From Nitrospirales bacterium (GTDB lineage: Bacteria; Nitrospirota; Nitrospiria; Nitrospirales; UBA8639), in the NCBI GenBank assembly GCA_965203295.1, contig CBDBCZ010000018.1, forward strand, positions 1,664,001-1,728,000: a DNA stretch of 64,000 nt. The letters run 5' to 3'. Of the stretch, positions 51,401 through 64,000 are shown piece by piece. The position numbers and the translations under genes were made by a program. The first letter of the stretch is position 1. The number at the start of each line of letters is the position of its first letter. A model generated the notes under the pieces. That model was not told where the DNA came from and made no database searches. It saw only the letters and a list, made by a program, of their open reading frames with translations.

Positions 51401-54158
51401 TTATCATCTCAAAGAGTTTACAATGGATCAGCAGAATATGATGTGAAAATTTAAGCAAGTACAAGTAGCACCATACACTGTAGTTGCTCCTGAGTATGAA
51501 ATTAGTTCACTCCAGTGGTCGTCCAGTAATCCAGCTGACATGTGTATTTCAATCGAACATGTGAGTCCTCGATCACTGTCCATGAAAGACAGCTTGAGGG
51601 CAGGGCATAAGTGTACATACATGGTTAACTAGCACTGAACTTAAGATTCATTTCTCATAGGTGCAAGACGGTTTCAGAAAAAGCCTGGATCAGCTGTGGC
51701 TCAGTATGTACAACAGCCAAGGCCTGCTTCATATCTCAAGTGGGACGGTAGGTAGAATATTGCATGTCAATGTAAACATCAAAGAGTGGGTAAAATGTAG
51801 GTCATGCACCCATTGGTGGTTGTGTATTAGCAACTGCTGTGCCTAATGAATAGTTAGCATGTTACTGTATTACACTACTACCGGGTATTTTTGGGGGGAA
51901 AATGTGGAAGGGGGCATTGCAATAATGGTACATAGTCATACTGTGCTGAATGGAGAGCTCGTTAATAGCCTGAACTTGCTGTGTGAGCCTCTCAGCTACC
52001 TTCATTTTGGCTTGCTATGATCCACATGAAAAAAATGTTATCATTGTATGTCTCCAAGTTTGTGTCTCAGCAATGCAATGCATGACCAACAAGCAACTAA
52101 ATGTATGCGCTGTAAACTTCTACGTGTACTTACAAGACTACATATATTCATACTAAATTAGTTTGTTTCATCGTGTGACTGAAATGACCCCTTATTGATT
52201 AGGTCAACTTTAACCTGCCTCGTACCCATTTGCGTTCAAGGATAATATTTTGCTGATGGATTTAGCTTGGGAGATTGATTACGAATACTTGCAACAGCGC
52301 AATTATTTAGGGGGTTGCACATAATATTATGCCTCATTCCAAAGCTCCACTCCCCCATGTTAGGCATACATACTACACTCGCACTCCTCATTCTGCATGG
52401 ATGGTGAATATTTGCATCCATGGGTTCTATACACACTGTGGAATACAGCACTCCAAGAAGTGCACGAGCCACTCATAAGCTACTGGTATTACTATAGCCT
52501 GGTTTCTGTGAATATGAACATATCTACTTGCTATTGTACTACAGTTCTTATGTGGTTGTATATTAATTGTCTTCACCATATCTGGTCCCTTAAAAGTTAT
52601 TCCTGTACTAGAGCATTTTTGCATTTATTGACACTACTGTAAACAGGCAACAATTTCCAATCAGAGAGTGTTACATCTATAGCCTAGTAATCAAAGTAGC
52701 ACTGTGCGATAACGATTAGCCTGAGGAGGGTACATGGTATAGCACGTGTAGCTACTGCATAATCTACAAAAGCAAGCGTTGCTACAGTTTCATTCAAATC
52801 AGCACTAAAATTGAATTACTTCCCCTTGGCTCTAACTGCCGGCGGCAGTCAGAGCCCAGGAGGTGTTGTGCCACTGTGCTGCTGGGGAATAAATTCTGAA
52901 CAATTTTAAAGGATGACCACAGTAACATAGACCAAAGGCTAGTTGAAGCTCAGATTAATGTAGTAGAGTTTCCATTTATAATATACCCAAATCTTCCTGG
53001 CACAGAGAATTTTGTTTATTGTATTATAAAATGGACAATGTACCCGCAAATACTTCAAATGTTGAAACAGATGCTCAGCTAAGAAATTAACGTCTTTACC
53101 AGTAATTTACCGTAGAATCGGGAGTATAGCGACCTGTCACACTCAATTTGGTCCACTTTCAAATTCGTTCCCCCCAGAACTAATTTTTCAGCAATATATG
53201 CCAAATCCCCCCCCCCCCCCAGCTTGCATGTGCAAGTTTGGATTGATTGCTTGCCGCCTCTTTCACGAAGGCAAGTCAGTGCTTGTCAGAGGTGTAGAAA
53301 AGATGCTCATGCTTATCTCGTATACATGTACTGTCTTTTGGATGGCTGCAATGGCAGAGAGTGACAGCAAAAAGAGAGACCAGATACTTGAATATGCAAT
53401 TCCCTAATTAGCCCATCATTACCTCCTGTTTGTTATTTTTCTGTGAACTATCTTGGGTAGATATAGCAGTACTCCCAAATCCTGCGAAGGGTATTCTTAA
53501 TTTTTTTTCTACCTGTCTCTAAAATGCACTGGTGTTTGAATGGCCGCAGGGTTGTTCAAATGTGAACCCTATGGACAAAATGTGGTTAAGATTATAGCAA
53601 CAGTGTATCATGAAACCACATTAAAATGTCTGTCGATTAAGCCTGCAAATTTGAGAATATGGAAAATACCTTGCCATGTTCCCTATTTTGTGTTTGGTCC
53701 AGCAAGCACCACAACTCATTGCCTCAATTGAATATTGCGTTTTATTGGCAAATGGCTGTGTTCAGTTCCTACTGCTGAGTGCATGGACACTCTCTAAATA
53801 AAGGACAAAGGCTGCCGTACCAAAGTGTGCGCTATTTGGAGAGTTGACTGTTGAGTCATTGAATGCTTATATTAAAGTTATTTTTAACATCATTTAAGCA
53901 TGAATTTTACAAAACTCCCCACTAAAGGACACTCTCTAAATAAAGGACAAAGGCTGTCGTACCAAAGTGTACGCTATTTGTAGAGTTGACTGTACGAAAC
54001 TTTATACTATATAAAACAAAAGCAGTTTCATACTCTCACTGAGAAAACATACACTTGCATAGAAAGCAACATAAAACCTCAACTAAAATTATGATGTCAT
54101 TGCACTACATTAGTTACTACAATCTGTTGCTAGTCAATTTTGCCAGTCAAGTGCACTG

Positions 54159-56498
54159 TTACTTTCCTTTAGGTTCAAAATCTGACTTCAACTTAAGGAG
54201 CCGTTCTTTGTGTTGCTCAAGGTCCTTGATCATCTTCTCCAACTGACTGGCCTTTTTAGAATTGGACCCCTGACCTGTACGATACTTGTAGATGTCATAC
54301 GCACCTTTTACTATCACGAAGAGATCGAGTGGAACAGCAACAGCATCGAAAACGACACCTGCAACACTAAGGTCACCAGCGACTGTTCTCAGACCGGTCA
54401 AAGCAATCCGAGTTGTTGAAGCAAATCGACCACGATCCTGACGGCATCTATACCTGAATCAATCAGTTTGTATCCATCATACAGTACTTTTATGACTCCG
54501 CCACCTACAAAATACAAGTGATAACAAAAGACTTATAAAATTTTACAAACTTAATTTTATCACTAGCTACTACATAACATCATAGTCATAATTATAACTA
54601 CACAATGTCATGTATAATCTATAAGAAAATGGCTATTGGTCCAGCAGTCCGGTGGTTGATTTTTGGGTTAGGGTTAGAGTTTTAGGGTCAATCAAATCTG
54701 TAACTTGCTACAGGCATGCTCCATGCCTACATAATTCTGCAGACCCCTGCTTCAATGCCTTATACATAAATGTCATGGACTGTATACAACAACTATTATC
54801 TCTCTCTCCTTCTTCAATACATGTACATGTACTATACAATTCTTGGGGGGAGGCATACTATTGCTGACACCTTAGATTCGTGATTTTAGACCGGTGTCAG
54901 AGTCGTCAGTGACTCCCCGATCACGCACGCCTAAGGCTGTAATGACTCCCCGTTGGCAGATATGACTTCCCCCATACGGTACGCAGTACAAGTATATAGA
55001 CTATCCTCGTCAGTATGACGTCATTATTGCATAATCCAGGAAATGAACCCAGTTTGATTGCTATCTGACACATGTTTTGTCAGTAAAGCTGTAACAGTCG
55101 CAATATAATCTTTTGATAAACGGCGCTAGCCCTCCGCGGCGTCACAAAATAACCGCACTAACTCTACTAACCTAGGCGGTGTAGTAAGCCTACCTTTGCG
55201 TGTGATACACTTGTCCAGTTCTCAGACCCTCCACCTTCGGGCCCAAAGCGTGACTGACTTCAGAGTTAATTTCTCTATTTTTCCCTCGCGATTCTGACAC
55301 CTTGGTTGCCTTTGGAGGCAAAATCCTGTCGTCTCTTGAGTGATGTTCCAGAATGACTGAAAGACGCAACAAGGCCTCATCAGGAAAGCGCTTGTCCCCG
55401 ACAGGAAATACGCAACAGCAGGCTGCTAAACGCCTAGTCTCGTGAACCAGCCCACTTAATTTCCGCAGTGCCGATCGCTAATTAGTATGCGGCCGAAAGC
55501 GATCGGTGCTGAGGATCAAAGTAGGCTGGCTCGCGAGACTACTAAACGCCCACCACGGCGAAGAGCAGATGGTAAAGTACCCCACCGCCCTCGCGGAGAC
55601 AGTTGGTATTCACTAGTTTGTTTGTAGCTCATTCTTTACGGCTGCCTACCACGTTTTCGCCATCTAGGCAACAAAACACTATCTTCATTTGCTGTAGTTT
55701 GGCCTACAAGCCTCCAAAAGCTGCTGCTATACATAGCGCGAGGCTATCCTATACACTGCAGTTGATAGTAACATTTTGCGTGCATCGTTTCCCCCTCCCT
55801 TTTAGGTCGCGCGGAACTTCATCAATCACCGCTAGCTTGTCGGACCTCCTCTGAGACAAAACGAATTGCTTAACCCCGCGTGCGTATACGCGCGTGGGAT
55901 AAAAAAGTCTATCACTATTTTGACTACTAAGGACGGCCGGACAGGACCAAGGTCAGTGTATGTTGAAGGTATACATATTACCACTCACTTTTGACTACAC
56001 TCGAAATCAATCAATAAATCCGATCTTCTTTGAAAGCTGAATACTTGCGATTCAGCTGTGAAGTAGCTGTGGCCAAATCCTTACTTGTTTCACAAACAGT
56101 AGAGGACAATTCTTTGTCACGTTTGATCACCCTTTCGGCTGTCTTCATCTGCGACTTAGATACAAGCCAGTCACCGATGTCAGCGCCTCTCTGTCACACC
56201 GCCACCAGCTGCAACAATTGATCCCGCAATGGTGAGGCCTAGGCTTGCACCAAACGTTACGAAGCTCAACCCAAAGCCAATGATGGCCATGGTACTACCC
56301 GCAACAGCAGCAGATGCACCACTTACTTTTGCTATGGTGCGATCATGGTAACTTTCTTCAATTGTCTTTTGAATATCTCTCAGGGTGGCGAGACTCGGTT
56401 CCTGCTCGGCTATCCTCCCATTTGGCAATGTCTTTTGATAGTTTCTCTGCTATTTTAGTAGCACTATGAAACCTATCGTCCTTTATTAGATCAGACAT
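54159..56498 (-). pseudogene. Apolipoprotein L-like gene, copy 2 (exons 56498-55989, 54504-54159), disrupted
   Basis: ORF pieces 56180-56428 and 54159-54401; 11-bp deletion near 54432 and exon-1 frameshifts; the stop seen at 12401 is absent here. Confidence 0.85.
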
Positions 56499-58166
56499 GG
56501 CCACTACTAAACTTTATAGCCGTGGCTTATATATTTTTAGCCTGATTTGCATGCAAACTGGTCGATTTATAGGGCCTAGTAAATCACAATTTGCTTTGCC
56601 ACAAGAGCCAGTGCGCCTTTTATTACACAGCTACTACATTATGTATATACGATGACTACAATTGACAATGAATTTTACAAAGACAAAGGGTGAATAAAGT
56701 AATTTTATTGCCACTGATGTCATGTCTGTCGTGCTATTTATAGAACACATCATCACTCTAAGACAAGGAAACTGTGTTTTCTCAGGAGTAAACTTAAGTG
56801 TTAGGCTGTTAGCTGTTCTAATTGATACTGTTGGTGTTGCCACCCCCTCTCATGAGCTCCATGGATTCACTTGTTAGGCTACTAGTATAATAACTACGCT
56901 AAGTCCAGCCAAGTGAGACTAGGGAAATCATATGAATAGGGTGTCTGATATCTGTGCATAAATTTAGCCCTAACCCGTACTAGTTCACCCCATTTTAATC
57001 CCATAACCAGTACCCCTAACCATATTTAAATGTTGCAAGCAGAATGGATTCCAATGCCATCTACATTCTATTCCATGTGTATACCTTTACTTCAGTTGGT
57101 GTTCTCTTAATAATAGATTCCTGTTGGGGTTAGGTGAACAGGTAAAGTTGAGATGATGTTAAAGCAGCTACTAATGGAGAATAAAGAATAAGAAAGCTCA
57201 TGTGGGAGTGACAGTGAAAGTGTAGTGCACTGTATGACTTCATTCATAACAGTAACAATGCCACCACTCAATCTCGTGTCTGAGTCTGTTGTTTTTCTAC
57301 CTCAGGCAGACTCTACATCAAGTTGAGTCTGCATGAGGTAGAAAACTAGATCCACAAACCACCAAGTCATATTCACATGAAGTTGTGTTTAAGAGTGTTT
57401 AAGAAGAGGCTTTCCTCTATGCTGAAGCAGTTTTTTGAGGGGCGTGTACTTACGTAAGTATTGACAGGTATAGATTATTTCATTATTAATTACCTTCTGT
57501 ACATGGCTAACCATTCAGTTACAATAACTAGTAGCTTGCATGTAGTACGTACCTGTACCTGTAACTGCCTCTTTAGATATGTACTTTGAACTTTTGAATT
57601 ATGAAAAGTCATTTTACGTAAATGATGAGAAATCCTGTATATATCTCTTCCCTGACATGACTTACATTTTAATTAACAGGCAAGTCATATGGAACTAATT
57701 GAGTTACACGAGAGAAAAAGGCAATACAATCCCTACTCCCTACTTACAAGAACATGAACCCACTACATGTTTTAGAAGAGCAGCCAAACTAGCTAAATGG
57801 ATTCCAATATTCCAAAGAAGAAGTCTACTTTTAATTTTATACTTTGTTCTGCAGTAGATTCCTGTGGAAGGGAGGGAGGGGGGTAGGTGATCAGATACAG
57901 TAAACTTTAGAGCAGCTGCTAATACTCTGAAGAAGAATGAGGCAAATTAGATACTCTGTCTTTCTTGTGTTGCAGTCCAGTTGATCCAGTACCCTATGTG
58001 AAAGCCTCTCATTAATCATCGTAAAATGCTAACCGTAGTACTTTGTCTTATTTTTGCTAGTGTCAATGTGATGCTATACTTAAACTGTAGTGGCTACCAT
58101 TACTGTATATACTAACTGAAACTGCACAGCAAATTGTGCAAAGGTGTGATATGGATTCGCTCCTTA

Positions 58167-58540
58167 GAATTGTTTTTCAGAGCACCACAATGGGTTAGTT
58201 ATGAATAGAGTATGTCATAAGATTACAAGTTCAGCAGCTTCCTGTGGGGTAGAGCTATACCTTCCATCTGCACAATCAAAATATCTCTACAGCAAAAGCT
58301 GTAGAAAGAACACACCTCCTGTGAATTGTTTTTCAGAGCACCACAATGGGTTAGTTATGAATAGAGTATGTCATAAGATTACAAGTTCAGCAGCTTCCTG
58401 TGGGGTAGAGCTATACCTTCCATCTGTACAATCAAAATATCTCTACAGCAAAAGCTGTAGAAAGAACACACCTCCTGTGAATTGTTTTTCAGAGCACCAC
58501 AATGGGTTAGTTATGAATAGAGTATGTCATAAGATTACAA
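58167..58540 (+). repeat. 156-bp tandem repeat, ~2.4 copies
   Basis: gaattgtttttcagagcacc at 58167, 58323 and 58479; about one unit in copy 1 (17069-17232). Confidence 0.95.
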
Positions 58541-59174
58541 CCATAAGAAACAGCTTAAGGATAAACCTATCGCCTCGGGTAAACCGTCTAGCGGAGTATA
58601 TCTGCGTTTATACTCCTCGTAGACGTGGTATATCCGGCTTATACCAATCAGTGGAATAGGTACCTAGAAACGCTGGGCTAGCATTCCCAGAGGCAGCAGT
58701 TATTTACGATGTCATAATACATGAAAACATAAAAGTAGTATAATAAAACATAAACGTGTTATATGATCCTTTATACTCCGCTTCTGCTCCAATCAAACAC
58801 CTTGGATGTGATGTAATGTGGTATAAAGCACAAATATACTGGCATGATCTAGGTATAGCTTAGAGCTTGGGCGGCTATGTTCTAACTAGGCCGAGGCGAA
58901 GCCGAGGTCTAGTTAAAACATAAAGCTGCCCATGCTCTGAGCCATTTAGTATATGCACATCTTCAGCTTCTTATGCTCTATGGGATTCTTACTATATTCT
59001 ATGAAAATTATTCCATACACTTGTTACTATAGTAACATGAACTAGTGAAAGCATTAGTCTACAATTCCAGGAAAAGGAAAACTGACTGTGTAAGTAATGA
59101 AAATTATTGCTTATGATCTCATGTGGGGTGACTCACACCATATGCCAAATCATAGTCACGCCACCAGGACTGCA

Positions 59175-60130
<956 letters not shown>

Positions 60131-60492
60131 GTGGCAGTATAGGTGGCAGTACAGATGAGGCTGTAGTAGTATATAAAGTTGAGGAAATCAAGAGATTGGT
60201 ACTTTAAAAACCGCTATGAGGGTTTTGGAAGGCGTGCATGCGACTTCACAAACAAAAAGCATTTGAGGCCGTACCTAGCACTGGAAAGACAGTGGAGATA
60301 TCCTTTACAGGTGAATGTGACATAGATCAACGTCCAGATAATGTAAGTCACATATGAAGCTACATAACATACTTCTATGTTGATGTTCTCACCCACCCAT
60401 TCCCTTCAATGCATATACACTCTCTCATTACCTACATAGACAGTTATGTGTATCTCTTATAGCTTCGAATCAAGGCTACGTATATCTCTTAC

Positions 60493-63400
60493 CTGTGCTC
60501 TCCCAGTTCCTTTACTTCATGCGCTATGATTCGCTCTTCCCAGCTCCCTGGGTCCAGCTGGAAGGAGTCAATAGTTCCACCTGTACAATGTGAAGACGCA
60601 ACTACTATACACACTGCCAAGTTCAAGATAAGTGCTGCAGTGAGCAGTAACTATAGCAGCAATTAGCGATAGACATTTGTGACTTGTCCTGATAAGGAAT
60701 ATAAACGGAGCAGATCTGTATGGCCTTCAGACACAAAACTTCAGTACAGACTGAGTCAGCCATCTCCTATACCTATGCATTACATGCATAATTTGTCCTA
60801 ATATTGCTAGGGTCGCAACTAAGCCTTCCCACACCGATATTTTATGGTCATGAAAAAAAAACTGGCAATACGACACGACACTATGTAGCTTTAATTACTT
60901 GGTGACTGCAAGACCAGACAGAGATCATATACGTACATAGTTCTGTCTGTTACATGACATTTTGTACAGATGCTCACTCCTTGGCTCTGCTGCAACCTGC
61001 CTTAAAGATGGTTTCCTTCACCGGCTGTCGTTGTGCACGGTAACAAAGCCACTGAAATTTTCTCCCAGGTAGATCATCCTTGAACGGGGAGAGGGTAAGA
61101 AGGGTCAGCTTTCACAATCAGCAGCCAAAGGCAACTACATATACGTATATGTATATGCATGCACATGCTCCTGCAACTCACAGGCCGTAATCTCACAGCA
61201 ATACTGCAGTTTCTTGGCTGGACCTTCGCCATTCAAACATGGTGTTCTGGTGCTGTGCCGTATCATGTAGATGGCGGAGCTCCCTTCCAGAGCCATCCCT
61301 CGGGGGGGGGGGGGCAATTTCAACAATCTTCTTGACATGAGTTTGGTGGATGAGTCTGGGACGATCGTAGCGGGACCTCAAACATGTGACTGCTTCAGTG
61401 TATTGGTCTCCAGATCGGGACAGGCCCTCAATAACCCTTTTTGCTGTACCATCCTTGAGTGCGTGGCGGAGATACACCAGCTTCCCTGTGTCTGAAAGGC
61501 TCGTATGTTCATGAACGGCAATGCTAAATTGTTCCCAGAATGTCTGCCAGCTGAGGATGTTACCGTCAAAGGTGGGAACGTCAATCTTGGGCAATCCGAC
61601 TCCACTCGTTATTGTAGCAGGAGATTCTGTTGACGGATTAGGGATGACACCAGGTGTGAGAGTGAACAGTAACTTCTTGAGTTGCAGGCTGCAGTCGAAG
61701 ACATCCTTGTCCATGGCGTTCACGGAGGTTTCAACTTCTTCTGCTCGAAGGGAGAATGCAGTTTGACGAATTTCTCCAAGCTCCTGTTTGAAGTCGGATA
61801 ACTGCTCTTGATATTGGTGAAGCAGGTGGAGCTCTGCTGATTCTGGCATCAACGCAAGGACCGCAGTTTCAATCGCCGAGAGGTTGCTCTTCAGATAAGA
61901 CAATCTGCGTGATGCAGTTGAACAGGGACGCATGCTCTAAGTGGATTAACGATGCACAGAGTAGATAGGTGCACCAACTTCTCGTATCATTCCAATAGTA
62001 ATCATGAAGACTGAATAACTGAACAACTACTACACAGTGGCAAAAAGAGATATATATAGAAAAAAGGATAGTTCTAGAATGTTCCATACACAGGTGGCAC
62101 AAGAACAGGTGGCAAGGACAAGGGAAAATCAGGAGTCAGAAGTCTAAGTACAAGAGAAACAGGAAAGGAACTAAAGCATCTTTGAGCATGGTTACAACTA
62201 CAACATGAACAATGGCTAATCTTTGACATATCTCTAACAGACGTACATGTATGTACATGTGGATCAACAAATGTGACCTGCTGTGTAACAACCAGTACTT
62301 TCGAATAAGTCAATTTTATGATACGTAACTATGCACAAACTAACTGAAATGTGAGTAGTTTTATAGGTGGCATTGCTGCCATGACAATACATACCAATTT
62401 TAGTACGTAGGTATTGCCACACTATTGACCCAGACATGAATTTCCATGCCATAGAGTTTGCAGTATTTTCAATCGCGGCAATGCTATGAAAATGGCAGTG
62501 CTACATGTACGAAAAGCAACTTGTACTGTACCAATCCATTCTCACTACTGTTGATGACAATTGTCCAAGTGCTGGATTTTCACACAGCAGGTCACATATA
62601 ACTTCTCCACAGTAATAAGTGTACGTTACACAGGAGGAAAAGAAAATTATATATCCTTACATATCTCTCCTCAGAGTGTAGTTTAATCTTACTCGAAATT
62701 GTGTGGTAGTGCTAGCAGTTCCCCAGATGCAAAGGCTGGTAAACCACGAGGGGTCCTTATGTCCGCTTCCATTTCATCTTGCACTGCTGTACCTACATGT
62801 AAGTAAATGCACATGCACAGCAATGTAAAAAAACAAAGGTAAAATTTTATTAATGCGTCGTAATATGGTATAATGAGCCTCAGATGTATGCACATGTGGA
62901 AAACAAGTTAGAAACCTATCTTCAGAACTACATGACTGGCCGAGTAAGAGAGGCTAGTACTGAAAATGTCATAGTTTGTAATTAGGGTGGATTTATCAAG
63001 CTCCTTCTTGAGCTTACATGTACATGTACTACAGTGTGTATTGCTGATCAACGTGCGATGAACGCTGTTAGATTAATTGCTAAGTAAATGAATTATATAT
63101 AAAAATGTTATCTGGCAGTTATCTATGGTAGAACAGCAAAATGTTTACATGCACTGCAAGAAGCACACTGAGACTATGCAGAAACAGGAGGAACTGAGTT
63201 TAGTCAGAAGCTGTAGTAATACGTAATCAAACTAGCTGTAGACTTTCAGTATAACCACATACAATAAGTAATCATAAGTGGCTGCATATCACAATTGTAC
63301 TTTACCATACAGTTAGTGTCAGTCATAGTAGAAATTACTAGAGCAGTTAACTATCAACTACCACAGCCTCTTTACTTCGTCAGCAATTAAGTCACTTAGC

Positions 63401-63597
63401 CTGCTAAAATTTAATGGATTGAATTTAATTGGCCTGTTTTCAGCCCCTGACATCTCAAAATTCATTGCGTCAGAAATACTGGAATGGGTTCATTATACAA
63501 TGAGTATCAAATATACGACTGTACTCACCCAGCATGCTCCATGGCTCTCCCAGCACTGGAACCGACGTCATTAGAGACGGCTTTGTCAGCCGCATAA
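60493..63597 (-). pseudogene. TRAPPC13: TRAPPC13 N-terminal exons (63597-63529, 62792-62693, 61078-~61001, 60580-60493), truncated and frameshifted
   Basis: Spliced in consistent phase: VMRLTKPSLMTSVPVLGEP / GTAVQDEM...GELLALPHNF / EMIYLGENFSGFVTVHNDS(fs)PVKETIFK / ...IIAHEVKELGEH. Matches remembered TRAPPC13 motifs VMRLTKP, LPQNFGNIFLGETF..VHNDS and HEVKEIGTH. Confidence 0.88.
61193..61933 (-). mobile_element. BEL/Pao LTR-retrotransposon gag fragment (DUF1759) in a TRAPPC13 intron
   Basis: LPKIDVPTFDGNILSWQTFWEQF...KLVYLRHALKDG.AK..IEGL...Y.EA..CL..RY.RPR. Confidence 0.9.
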
Positions 63598-63608
63598 CTG
63601 TATGCAGT

Positions 63609-63730
<122 letters not shown>

Positions 63731-64000
63731 GCGGTGGTGTAGTAGTTAGAACACTGGACTCACAACCCAAGGGTTGGTGGTTTGAATCCCACCGTGACTA
63801 CTGGCGACTATCTATTCTTTCCATCATTTATTTGTTGTGAATTCCCATCTTATGTCACCAGTACACACCAGCCCACCCAGCTGTAATGGATACCTGGCAT
63901 TTGCTGGGGTGCAAATTCAACTGACTGCTCTCACGTATCAGCTCCAGGATTTTGCCAGCACTGGCTCAGAGTGTTTGCTTCGTGCACAAGTATGCAGCCT

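Noticed and set aside
58201..58659. 152-aa ORF with a 52-aa repeat
   Set aside because: By-product of a 156-bp tandem repeat; not open in copy 1 and no recognisable domain.

Overview
Repeat-rich animal genomic DNA with spliceosomal GT-AG introns, LINEs, SINEs and MITEs. The gene and repeat content suggests a demosponge (inference). I found no intact protein-coding gene. The window is dominated by a ~17 kb segmental duplication (1-~17875 vs 42827-~59179, offset ~42.8 kb). Each copy holds a broken Cys-rich multi-pass membrane gene (GIWNLDFFR family), a paralog fragment, a LINE EN-RT remnant, a tRNA-Thr-like cassette and a two-exon apolipoprotein L (APOL)-like pseudogene. Between the copies lie a ~3.6 kb tandem array with further APOL exon-2 remnants, a DIRS/Ngaro tyrosine-recombinase remnant, an alpha-carbonic anhydrase pseudogene with an intronless catalytic domain, and a Penelope-like inverted repeat with a degenerate hammerhead. 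The right end holds truncated TRAPPC13 exons, partly duplicated, with a BEL/Pao gag fragment in an intron. Most notable: (1) TSD-less insertion elements with one giant terminal hairpin plus an asymmetric short inverted repeat, delimited by filled/empty-site pairs inside the window; (2) a birth-and-death cluster of APOL-like genes; (3) a dispersed tRNA-Thr cassette that keeps its upstream TATA-like flank.
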